A stretch of 58,519 nt of DNA from Clostridia bacterium. GTDB lineage: Bacteria; Bacillota; Clostridia; Christensenellales; Aristaeellaceae. Position numbers and translations under genes: made by a program. Each line of letters begins with the position of its first letter. Positions within the stretch are counted from its first letter, which is position 1. A model generated the notes under the pieces. The model was not told the origin of the DNA. It did no database searches and worked only from the letters and a program-made list of their open reading frames with translations. Positions 26,007 through 34,757 of this stretch are shown here, piece after piece. The stretch is from positions 1-58,519 of the forward strand of contig JAUNMW010000001.1 of assembly GCA_030537395.1 (NCBI GenBank). The letters run 5' to 3'.

Positions 26007-29000
26007 TTACTTCGCTCCTTTCTTCTTGTCAGGCAAGACGGTCAGGACGATCCAGCAGGCGGCGCACGCGATGGTCAGGTACAGGCTCAGGGTCTTTACC
26101 AGGCTCAGGGCGTTGTCCCACCAGGTGTTCACCTTCATGGTGGTCACGTTCAGGATGGCGCTGTTGGCATAGCTGAACAGCTGATATTTCAGGTCCTGAC
26201 GGGCCTGCTCCACCAGGTTCTTATCGTTCTTCACGGTGTCTACGGAAATGTAGGCCCAGGTCTTGTCCACGCCGCCTTCACCCTGGTTGATGTGGTTGTC
26301 GTCCCCGGCGAAGTCGGCCACCTGGGTGATGCCCGCCATGACCATGGATTCCGCGTTGAAGTAGTAGTTGTTGTTCATCATGTCGGTGGACACCAGATCG
26401 GTGTAGCCCCATTCGCCGCGCAGAACCTTCTGCAGCATGCCGATGTGATGGGCGGCGTTGGTGGCGCCGATGCGGTTGAAGGCGATCATGACGGCACGGC
26501 AGCCGGTCACATCTTCCAAAGCGCCCTGGAAGCCGCGCAGATCGGTTTCACGGAATTTCTGTTCCGTCATGTAGGCGGATACGCCGCCACGGTTGTGTTC
26601 CTGATCGTTGAAGCCCATGTGCTTGGGTCCGTTCAGGATGCCCTTATCGGCGCAGCCCTGCAGGATCGCCTGGCCCATCCGGTTGGTGAGCATGGGGTCT
26701 TCGGAAATGTATTCGTAGTTGCGGCCGTTGTAGGGGGTGCGGCGCTGGGTCAGGCCGGTGCCCCACAGGTGATAGCGGCCCAGCCACAGGCCGGAGTTGC
26801 CTTCGATCAGGCCCCATTCATAGGCCAGTTCGGGGTTAAAGGAGGAAGCGATAGCAGTCTGGGAATGGGTGTTGAACTTGTAAGTATTGCCGGAGGCTTC
26901 GTCGTTGTAGCCGGAGGAGAAGCCCCACACGCCTTCATTCTGGATCACCACGGGGTTATCCACGTTGGTGAGCACATCGGAACGGCTGCCGCCATGGATC
27001 ACAGCGCCCACCGCTTCGTCGATGGTGATCTGGGAAACCAGCTTGTCCCAGAAAGCGTCTTTGATGTTGCCGTACTGTTCCGGCCCCACGTCGGTGGCGT
27101 TGAAGCGCAAGCCCTGATCCACGCCCTCGGCGGCAGCGCCGGTATCGGAGATCTGGTAGGTCTGGCCGCGCAGCTCGCGAATCCATTCATCCTTCCGGGG
27201 GCTGTCGGCGATCTTGATTTCCACGGCGTTGTAGTTGATGGGGAAGGTGCCTTCCCAATCCTGACGGGACAGGTAGGTGACGGTGTCGGTGCCGGTCCAG
27301 TAGTTCAGGTCGGCGTCGTCGGCCACGTTGGTCACCTGCACGCCGTTTTCGGTGGCGAAGGTGGTTTTGTCAAAGGCGTTCAGTTTCCAGGTGACTACTT
27401 CGCCGATTTCGGTGGCGCCGTCACCCTGGCCGCCCTTGGCGGCGATGAAGTTGTTGGCGGCGGCATGAGCGCCGGCAGCCGCGGTGAACAGATAATCGCC
27501 GTCATCCAGAATGTAGGTCTTGGCTTCCTTGTAATCGTAGGAGGCCAGATACTTGGTGGGCACGGTGATGGTCACGTTGGCGGTGCCGCCCGCGGGCACA
27601 TCCACCTTGCCGGAATTCAGGAAGGTAACGGCGGATTTTTCAACCAGGTTGGCCTTGTCGTAATCGGTGTAGGGCTGCTGCACATACAGCTGGGCCAGGA
27701 ACTTGCCGGCCTTGTCGCTGTTGTTCTTGATTTCCACCACAGCGGTGATATTGCCGTTTTCGGACTTGTCCACATTCACGCTCTTGAGCGTCTGGGTGTA
27801 ATCCAGATAGGACAGGCCGTGACCGAAGGAATAGAGCACTTCCTTGTTATAATCCCAAGCTTCGCCCTGAGTGGCGCCGTTGGCGGAAGCAGCCTTGAAG
27901 TCGGGGTTGATCACGGAGTCGAAGTAACGGGTTTCATAATACTTGTAGCCCACGTAGATGCCTTCGGCTTCCACCATATAATGGCCGCCGTTGTAGGTGG
28001 AGCTGCCGCCGAAGGAGCCCGCCTTGGTGTTGGCGATTTCCACGCCGGGGTAACGGGGATCGGCGCCGCTCTGGGCCACGATTTCATAGTCGGCATAGTA
28101 GCCGCCGTTTTCATACTGCGCGCCGCCGAAGTTGATCACGGCGGGGTTGGAATTGTTGTCAGCCACGTAGGTGTCGGGCAGAGCGCCGGTGGCGTTCACC
28201 TTGCCCAGCAATACGTTCACGATACCGGTGCAGTGATAATCGTTCACCACGCCGATGTAGGCGATGCCGTCCACTTCGTGAGCGCCGCCCTTGGCTACGT
28301 CGCCCAGCAGCATGGTGTTGCCGGAGTTGATGAGCAGGATGACCTTGGAGCAGGTTTCCTTGGCCGCGTCGATGACAGCCAGTTCATCTTCGGAGATGGC
28401 CAGGGGGTCCTTGCCGGTGGGGTTGCCGTCATAGTCCAGGGCGGAGCCGGGCATATAGGTGTTGCCTTCGCCAGCGCCGCGGGCCAGCACCACGATACCG
28501 GTGGTGGTTTCCTTGTTGATGGAAGCCTTCCAATCGGCGGGAGCGCCCATGCCCTCAAACCGGGCGGGGTCGATTTCCACGATGCGGTACTGGGTCATGT
28601 CGCCGGGGGAGGAGACGTAAATGTTGTCGTAGGTGGTCTGCTCCTGCAGTTCGCCGGACCACCGATTGGGCACCATTTCGGTGTGCTTGTTCAGGATGTT
28701 GTTGATGTAGAGGTCCTTGAGGGTCTGGTTCACGGTGAGGCCGGCAGTTTCAAAAGCGGCCACCAGGTCCACCTTGTCGGCGTTGCCGCCGGCGTTGGAG
28801 TAAGGCACGTAAGCGGCCAGGCCGAACAGGGCCACTTCATTGCCGGCGATGGGCAGCGCGCCGTTATCATTCTTCATGATGACGGTGCCTTCTTCGCCTT
28901 CACGAACGGAGATATCCCGGGCCGCGGCCATCATTTCTTCCACGGTGGCATAATCGGACTTAAAACGGATGGCGTCGGGATCGGTGTTCACCACGAAGCT

Positions 29001-29135
29001 CTGGGTTCCCAGAACGTCGTCCAGGGCCGTGCGGTAGGTATCGGACAGACCGGTGCCGATGGTGCTCAGAACCAGGAGGCAAGCCATGAGCGCCGCGAGA
29101 CCTCTCATGACGGGTGCGAGCTTTTTCGCTTTCAT
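26007..29135 (-). CDS. Glycoside hydrolase family 3 (beta-glucosidase-like), circularly permuted domain order, C-terminal TM anchor
   Basis: The GH3 C-domain-type start (GTVIMKNDNGALPIAGNEVALFG) lies near the N-terminus. The catalytic-domain nucleophile region (RGEWGYTDLVSTDMM) lies near the C-terminus. It has a signal peptide and a terminal TM helix (LYLTIACAACWIVLTVL). I prefer the start at MKAKK (29135), which has an SD; the track start is 29171. Confidence 0.85.
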   Translation of the reverse strand: MKAKKLAPVMRGLAALMACLLVLSTIGTGLSDTYRTALDDVLGTQSFVVNTDPDAIRFKSDYATVEEMMAAARDISVREGEEGTVIMKNDNGALPIAGNEVALFGLAAYVPYSNAGGNADKVDLVAAFETAGLTVNQTLKDLYINNILNKHTEMVPNRWSGELQEQTTYDNIYVSSPGDMTQYRIVEIDPARFEGMGAPADWKASINKETTTGIVVLARGAGEGNTYMPGSALDYDGNPTGKDPLAISEDELAVIDAAKETCSKVILLINSGNTMLLGDVAKGGAHEVDGIAYIGVVNDYHCTGIVNVLLGKVNATGALPDTYVADNNSNPAVINFGGAQYENGGYYADYEIVAQSGADPRYPGVEIANTKAGSFGGSSTYNGGHYMVEAEGIYVGYKYYETRYFDSVINPDFKAASANGATQGEAWDYNKEVLYSFGHGLSYLDYTQTLKSVNVDKSENGNITAVVEIKNNSDKAGKFLAQLYVQQPYTDYDKANLVEKSAVTFLNSGKVDVPAGGTANVTITVPTKYLASYDYKEAKTYILDDGDYLFTAAAGAHAAANNFIAAKGGQGDGATEIGEVVTWKLNAFDKTTFATENGVQVTNVADDADLNYWTGTDTVTYLSRQDWEGTFPINYNAVEIKIADSPRKDEWIRELRGQTYQISDTGAAAEGVDQGLRFNATDVGPEQYGNIKDAFWDKLVSQITIDEAVGAVIHGGSRSDVLTNVDNPVVIQNEGVWGFSSGYNDEASGNTYKFNTHSQTAIASSFNPELAYEWGLIEGNSGLWLGRYHLWGTGLTQRRTPYNGRNYEYISEDPMLTNRMGQAILQGCADKGILNGPKHMGFNDQEHNRGGVSAYMTEQKFRETDLRGFQGALEDVTGCRAVMIAFNRIGATNAAHHIGMLQKVLRGEWGYTDLVSTDMMNNNYYFNAESMVMAGITQVADFAGDDNHINQGEGGVDKTWAYISVDTVKNDKNLVEQARQDLKYQLFSYANSAILNVTTMKVNTWWDNALSLVKTLSLYLTIACAACWIVLTVLPDKKKGAK

Positions 29136-29346
29136 TTTTTGCATCTTCCTTTCTGCTGCGCTTTTGCGCATACGATTGAGAGAATTTGTTCATCCCGCGC
29201 ACCGCGGAATGAAGCCCGCCGCCTTTGCGGCGAAGGTTCAATGTGGGTGGCAGCGCTCACTCCCTTTCACCAAGAACTTTTTGAATCATGTTATTGAAAA
29301 AACTGTATGTATCATCGCCTGTGTAGGCGTGAACATCGATGAGGAA

Positions 29347-31143
29347 TCAGAGAGGCGCTTTTCCGTTCTGCTTCCGCAGGGCGTTGAATTCAGCCAGCAG
29401 CTTTTGCGCGGCTTCTTCTTCCGCCTTCTTTTGCTCGGGGGTCAGGCGGGCAACGCGCTCCGCTTCCTTCTTGGCGGCGTCCTGCTGCTTTTTCAGCTCA
29501 GCCTGATAGGCTTCCTCGCCTTCCTCCAGGCGGATTTTTTCCTCAGCGGACAGGTAGGCCCGGCCTTCATTCTCAGCGGCGGCCTTCTGATCGGCCACGA
29601 TGGCTTCATGATCGAACCTGCCGAACTTTTCCACGCCCATGAAGATAAAGAGCAGGAAGATGATCACGTAGCAGAAGGTTTCCACGCCGATGAACACCCA
29701 GGGCATGGAAGCGCGGATCGCTTCGGAGGAAATGTTATCCGCCGCGTAACCCACATTGGAGAGCACGATGTTCAAAATGCCGGTGGCAACGCCCGTCATG
29801 CCCGCCATGATGGCGCCGTAGATGGTCATGGTCAGGCCGTCGGTACGCTGGCCGTGAATGGCTTCCTGGTGGTCCAGCACGTCCGCCAGAAGCGCCATGC
29901 TCAGGTACATGGCGGGGGTGGAGCCCAGGGCCTTGAGGATGAAGGAAACATAAACCAGGATCAGGTTCGCCGGAGCGATCAGGCCCAGCAGGCCGCCTGC
30001 CGCCGCCAGGACAGCGCCGCAGAAAATGGCCTTGCCCTTGCCGATTTTATTGGCCAGGATGGGAGCCGCCACCATGCCGATGGCCGTGGGGACAGCGCCG
30101 ATGATGGCCAGGAAGCCGGAAATGTTGCCGCCGTTGGCGATGGTGTACACGCCGTCGGCGTTGGGGAACATGGCCTGGCAGAAGTAAAGCTGGCTTACGT
30201 TCTTCGCCATGCCGCCCAACTGGTAGCAGAAGAAGAAAACCATCATGATGACCCAGAATTTATCGGAGAAGCAGATTTTGGCCTGCTGGCCGATGGGAAG
30301 CGCTTTGGCGGGGGCGGCGCTTTCATTCTGGCTCATGGATTCTTCCGTTACCCGCTCCCGGGTGAACAGGAATTCGATTAGCGCGCCAATCACCGTAATG
30401 GCGGTGAGGGCGATGACGAAAACTTTCCAATGATGATAGGACGCCGCCGCGTCGTAGAGCACCACGCCGTTCAGCGCGTATTCGCCGCTTTCCAGCAGCA
30501 CCGCGCCCTCCGGCAGATTGGTGGTCTGAGGCACGAAAAGCAGGCTCAGGAAGAAGGGCAGGATCATGGTGGAAAGCCCCATGGAAGCCAGCGCCGTGGC
30601 GTTGGACAGGGTGGCCAGCAGGGTCCGGTCCTTGCTGTTGCGGGTGGACAGGTTCACCAGCGCCGCGTGGGGCGTGTAGTACATGGGATAGGCGATGGCG
30701 AACCACAGGTTATAGCCGATGGCGATGCAAACCAGCGCCAGCCCCTGGCCCTGGGGATTGATGGTGTCCGTCGCCAGCGGGGAAATAACGAACAGGATCA
30801 GCAGGGCGATAAAGGAAATGGGCACGGAAAGCAGCAGCAGCGGGCGAGCCTTCCCGGCGCGGGAGGCGCTTTTGTCCATCAGTCGGCCAACGATGATGTT
30901 GCCCAGCACCACGAAGATGACCGACACAACGGGGAGCCACTTGAAAAATTCACTGGCCCAGGAGTTGATGTTCAGCACGTCGGTCATGTACTTGTTGAAG
31001 TAGTTCGCCAATACCGAGTTGGCTACCAGCGCCAGCGTGGGGCCGATCAGGTAGCCCAAGGCCCCCTCCGGAATCAGCGTTACATTGTTCTTTTTGATCA
31101 GGCTCGCCGGCAGCCGATCAAAAAGGCTTTTCTTTTCCGCCAT
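29347..31143 (-). CDS. GPH/MFS-type glycoside-cation symporter with a 94-aa charged C-terminal tail
   Basis: It has about 12 TM helices. The start is MAEKKSLFDRLP (ATG 31143, SD GGGGG). The tail is EEKIRLEEGEEAYQAELKKQQDAAKKEAE.... Confidence 0.8.
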   Translation of the reverse strand: MAEKKSLFDRLPASLIKKNNVTLIPEGALGYLIGPTLALVANSVLANYFNKYMTDVLNINSWASEFFKWLPVVSVIFVVLGNIIVGRLMDKSASRAGKARPLLLLSVPISFIALLILFVISPLATDTINPQGQGLALVCIAIGYNLWFAIAYPMYYTPHAALVNLSTRNSKDRTLLATLSNATALASMGLSTMILPFFLSLLFVPQTTNLPEGAVLLESGEYALNGVVLYDAAASYHHWKVFVIALTAITVIGALIEFLFTRERVTEESMSQNESAAPAKALPIGQQAKICFSDKFWVIMMVFFFCYQLGGMAKNVSQLYFCQAMFPNADGVYTIANGGNISGFLAIIGAVPTAIGMVAAPILANKIGKGKAIFCGAVLAAAGGLLGLIAPANLILVYVSFILKALGSTPAMYLSMALLADVLDHQEAIHGQRTDGLTMTIYGAIMAGMTGVATGILNIVLSNVGYAADNISSEAIRASMPWVFIGVETFCYVIIFLLFIFMGVEKFGRFDHEAIVADQKAAAENEGRAYLSAEEKIRLEEGEEAYQAELKKQQDAAKKEAERVARLTPEQKKAEEEAAQKLLAEFNALRKQNGKAPL

Positions 31144-31157
31144 ATTGCATCCCCCTT

Positions 31158-33710
31158 TTAAATATTTGCAGTAAAGTGATAGATTCCGCTGCCCACGGTT
31201 TCGCTCTTTCCGTCGGGCAGAATAACGGCGCATTCCGTGCCGAAGGGTACCGTGACCGTGAGTTCAAAGATGTTTCCGGTGATTTTCCAGGCGCTTTCCG
31301 CCAGACCGTAGGGCGTTTTTACGGAAGCTTTGGCGGAGGTGAGGCCGCCGCCAAGGAGGGGCTTTACCTGGAAGCGCTTGTAGCCCGCCTCCTGGGCCTC
31401 CAGGCCCGCTACCCGCTGATACAGGAACGCGCCCACCGCGCCGGAGGCGTAATGATTGTAGCTGATCATGCCGCCGGTGCCGTCGTCCCCGATGGGGCAG
31501 AGCCCCCGTTCGTCCAGACCGTCCCACCGCTCCCAAATAGTAGTGCCGCCTACCTTCACTTCATACAGCCAGCTGGGGCACTTGGTGTTCATGAGCATTT
31601 GGAAGGCGGCGTCCGCATGGCCGTTGTCCGCCAGCGCGAACAGGATGTAGGGCGTGCCGGGGAAACCGGTGCCGATGCAGTAATCGTTCTTTTCCACCAG
31701 CGCCGCCAAATTGTCCGCCGCTTTTTTCCGGATTTCCGCGTTGGGAAACATATTCAGATACAAGGGCAGCACATAAGCAGTCTGGAATTCCTGAAGCAGT
31801 TTGCCGTTTCCGTCCGTCAGCACGGAGCAGTAAGCATCGGAAACCTTTTCGGCCAGCCTCGCGTATTTTTCCGCATCCTGCTTTTCACCTAAGATTTCAG
31901 CAATTTGGGATACCAGGGAGCACATGTTTTTCATGGACGCGGTGGCAGTCCATTTGGCGCGGGCCTGCCATTGACCCATCTTGGGTACGTCCGGGGCCAC
32001 CCAGTCGCCAAAGTGGAACACGCCGGGGGTATTCCAAATATAGCGGTTCTTGCCGAAGGAAAACAGCCCCGCCCAGAAGAACTGGGCTTTCACATACTTT
32101 TTCATCATGGGGTAGTTTTCTTTCAGCACACTTGCGTCGCCCCGGGCCCGGTATTCCGCCCAGGGCACCAGCACGCAGGCATCGTCCCACCAGTCCACGG
32201 CCATATCCGGCATGGTGGTGGGGAAGCCGTAGCCCTGCCGGGGCACGGTGTTGGGAATGCCGCCGCCGGGAAACTGCTCGGCGCGCATATCCCGAAGCCA
32301 TTTGTCCAGGAACCGGGACATATCAAAATTGAAGCAGGCGGTGGGCCCGAATACGGCGATATCGCCGGTCCAGCCCATGCGCTCGTCCCGCTGGGGGCAG
32401 TCGGTGGGAATATCCATCAGATTGCTCTTGGCCCCCCACACGATGTTGGATTGCAGCTGATTCAGCAGGGGATCGGAGCATTCAAAGCTGCCGATGGGCT
32501 CCAGATCGGAGTACAGGGCCAAGGCTTCCGCCTGGATGTTTTCTTCTTCAATTCCTTCGATGCTGATATACCGGAAGCCCATGTAGGTGAACCGGGGGCT
32601 GTATACCTGCCGGCCGTCTTTGCAAATGTAGGTGGCGGTGGCCTTGGCGCTGCGCAGGAAGCTCAGGTTCAGCGAGCCGTCCTCATTGAGAATTTCCGCG
32701 TGCTTAACGATGAGCGTTTGGCCTTTTTTGCCGTTGACGGTCAAGCGCACCACGCCGGCGAAATTCTGGCCGAAATCGTAAATCAGCTGATTTTGAACTT
32801 TTTTTACGCTTTGGGGCCTGAACACCTCATGCGCCGTCACCGGCGCGCCGTAATCCGCCAAAATGCGGGGGGAAATTTTCAGCGTTTCCGGAGCGGCCTT
32901 GCGGAAAGAGGCGGCGGACAGTTCTTTCGTGGCATCGAAGGTTTCGCCGTCGTACAGATCCGCCATGCGCACGGGGCCGTCCTCAGTGACTTCCCAGGTT
33001 TCGTCGGTGCCGATGATTTCTTCGGCGCCGTCCTGGTAGACAAGGCGCAGCTCCAGCAGCAGAGCCTGCCGATCGTGGATCAGTCGGTTGGCCCGGGTGA
33101 ATACGAAGCTGCCCACGGCCCAGCCGCCGCACACCGTGGCTTCCAGCACGTCGCTGCCGGTAAGAAAGTTCGTCACGTCATAGGTCTGGTACATCAGGCT
33201 GTTTTTGTAGCTGGTGAAGCCGGGGGCGAAATACCGTTCGCTCACCCGTTTTCCATTGAGGGCCAGATCATAGATCCCCATGGCGGTAGCGCAGATCAGG
33301 GCCCGCTTCACGGGCTTGCTGATCCGGATTTCTTTTCTGAACACCATAGGCGCGGGGGACACGCCCTTTTCTGTGAAGCAGTACGCGGGATCGCTGATCC
33401 ATCGGCCGGTCCAGGGCGTATCCAGCCTGCCGGTTTCAAAGAGAACCTCAGCGGAGGCCGTTTCACCGCTCATGCTTTGAACAGCCAATTCTGCCGTGTA
33501 AGCGGTGAACGGCTTGAGCGCGGGGCCCCCGTATACGACGCCGGTTTGCTCGGCGGTATCCGTCTGCCAGCCGTTCAATGAAAGCCGGGCATTTTTCAGT
33601 TGGCCGTTTTTCTGGTCGGATTCAAGAGAGAAGGAAAACCGGGGCCGGGAAACGTCGGTCACACATCCCGCGGTCAGGTTTTCAACGGAAAATCGAGTTA
33701 CCTTCAGCAT
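31158..33710 (-). CDS. Alpha-L-rhamnosidase (GH78)
   Basis: It carries the DCPQRDERMGWTGD motif. Length and layout are typical of bacterial rhamnosidases. The start is MLKVTRF (ATG 33710, SD GGAGGGG). Confidence 0.9.
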   Translation of the reverse strand: MLKVTRFSVENLTAGCVTDVSRPRFSFSLESDQKNGQLKNARLSLNGWQTDTAEQTGVVYGGPALKPFTAYTAELAVQSMSGETASAEVLFETGRLDTPWTGRWISDPAYCFTEKGVSPAPMVFRKEIRISKPVKRALICATAMGIYDLALNGKRVSERYFAPGFTSYKNSLMYQTYDVTNFLTGSDVLEATVCGGWAVGSFVFTRANRLIHDRQALLLELRLVYQDGAEEIIGTDETWEVTEDGPVRMADLYDGETFDATKELSAASFRKAAPETLKISPRILADYGAPVTAHEVFRPQSVKKVQNQLIYDFGQNFAGVVRLTVNGKKGQTLIVKHAEILNEDGSLNLSFLRSAKATATYICKDGRQVYSPRFTYMGFRYISIEGIEEENIQAEALALYSDLEPIGSFECSDPLLNQLQSNIVWGAKSNLMDIPTDCPQRDERMGWTGDIAVFGPTACFNFDMSRFLDKWLRDMRAEQFPGGGIPNTVPRQGYGFPTTMPDMAVDWWDDACVLVPWAEYRARGDASVLKENYPMMKKYVKAQFFWAGLFSFGKNRYIWNTPGVFHFGDWVAPDVPKMGQWQARAKWTATASMKNMCSLVSQIAEILGEKQDAEKYARLAEKVSDAYCSVLTDGNGKLLQEFQTAYVLPLYLNMFPNAEIRKKAADNLAALVEKNDYCIGTGFPGTPYILFALADNGHADAAFQMLMNTKCPSWLYEVKVGGTTIWERWDGLDERGLCPIGDDGTGGMISYNHYASGAVGAFLYQRVAGLEAQEAGYKRFQVKPLLGGGLTSAKASVKTPYGLAESAWKITGNIFELTVTVPFGTECAVILPDGKSETVGSGIYHFTANI

Positions 33711-33757
33711 GGCTGCATCCCCTCCGAAAAAGAGAATGAATCTTGTGATGATAGGAT

Positions 33758-33786
33758 AACATAAAAACCCTTTTTTGCGGGAACAA
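33758..33786 (-). promoter_or_regulatory. Possible promoter of the rhamnosidase operon
   Basis: The minus strand reads TTGTTC (33786-33781), a 17-nt spacer, then TATGTT (33763-33758). Confidence 0.4.
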
Positions 33787-33931
33787 TTGCATAAACTGTC
33801 GATTTGGAAGCACGAACGGCATTTTTTCAGCAAAATTCAGGCCGAAAGATACAGGAGCCTGAGGCTTTGACCGCTTCACGGTGCGGGTGCGGCGGTTTTG
33901 GCTTTTTCAGGAAGAAATAAGGATGATGCTA

Positions 33932-33960
33932 TTGAATTCATCCACGCAAGCATGTACAAT
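33932..33960 (+). promoter_or_regulatory. Sigma-70-like promoter for the SGNH esterase gene
   Basis: TTGAAT (33932-33937), a 17-nt spacer, then TACAAT (33955-33960). Confidence 0.5.
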
Positions 33961-34026
33961 AATGAAAACAGGCGCGTTTGCGCGTTTTGCCATATGCCGC
34001 CGATGGGCTGGATGGAAGGAAAAACG

Positions 34027-34695
34027 ATGACCGAACAGGAAAAAATGATTCAGGAAATGATCAGGCGCATGAAGCAGGAGCAGGACAGAAAGCTGAACAA
34101 TTTCCGGGCCCAAAACCTGTATATCCAGAAGGGAAAAACGCTGTTTACCGGGTCCTCGCTGATGGAAATGTTTCCCATTACCGAATTTTGCTTAAACGAA
34201 GGATTTCCCATTGCCTACAACCGGGGCATCGGCGGCTATACCACCGATGATTTTCTGGCGGCGGCGGATGCGGTGCTGCTGGACCCGGCCCCCCAAAAGC
34301 TGTTTATCAATATCGGTACCAACGATATCCATGCCCGGCAGGACGGGGAAGACTGGTTTGATCATCTGGAAAGGAACTACCGGAAAATCTGCGGGATCAT
34401 CAAAGAGAAGCTGCCGGAAACCACGGTGTACATGATGGCGTATTATCCGGTGAACGCCGATGCCCCCGGCGCGAAAAACAATTCCGGCATGCGGGTGCGC
34501 ACCAATGAAAACATAAACAAGGCCAACCGGATGGTGGAAGCGCTGGCACGGGAATTCGGCTTCCATTATATCGACGTAAACGACGGATTGAAGGATGCAG
34601 AGGGCAAGCTGAAAATCGAACACACGGCCGACGGCATCCATTTTGATTCCGCGGCCTACCGCACGGTATTTGAGCGGCTGAAAAAGTATCTGTGA
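34027..34695 (+). CDS. GDSL/SGNH-family esterase
   Basis: SGNH blocks are present: FTGSSLMEMF, NRGIGGYT, NIGTNDI and DGIHF. The start at 34027 is preferred; the upstream in-frame codons in the track ORF lack an SD. Confidence 0.85.
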   Translation: MTEQEKMIQEMIRRMKQEQDRKLNNFRAQNLYIQKGKTLFTGSSLMEMFPITEFCLNEGFPIAYNRGIGGYTTDDFLAAADAVLLDPAPQKLFINIGTNDIHARQDGEDWFDHLERNYRKICGIIKEKLPETTVYMMAYYPVNADAPGAKNNSGMRVRTNENINKANRMVEALAREFGFHYIDVNDGLKDAEGKLKIEHTADGIHFDSAAYRTVFERLKKYL

Positions 34696-34712
34696 TCAGG
34701 CTGGGGCATGAA

Positions 34713-34757
34713 AAAGCCGTTTTCCGGGAGGCGTGCTTTCTTCCGGAAAATGGCTTT
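34713..34757. terminator. Bidirectional terminator between convergent genes
   Basis: AAAGCCGTTTTCCGG (34713-34727) pairs with CCGGAAAATGGCTTT (34743-34757), with A/T runs on both sides. Confidence 0.7.

Noticed and set aside
26292-29297. A 1001-aa plus-strand ORF antisense to the GH3 gene.
   Set aside because: It is another shadow ORF in the same codon register (26292-26007 = 285, a multiple of 3). Its composition is G/V/A/H-rich. The GH3 motifs are on the minus strand. I found no SD or promoter for it.
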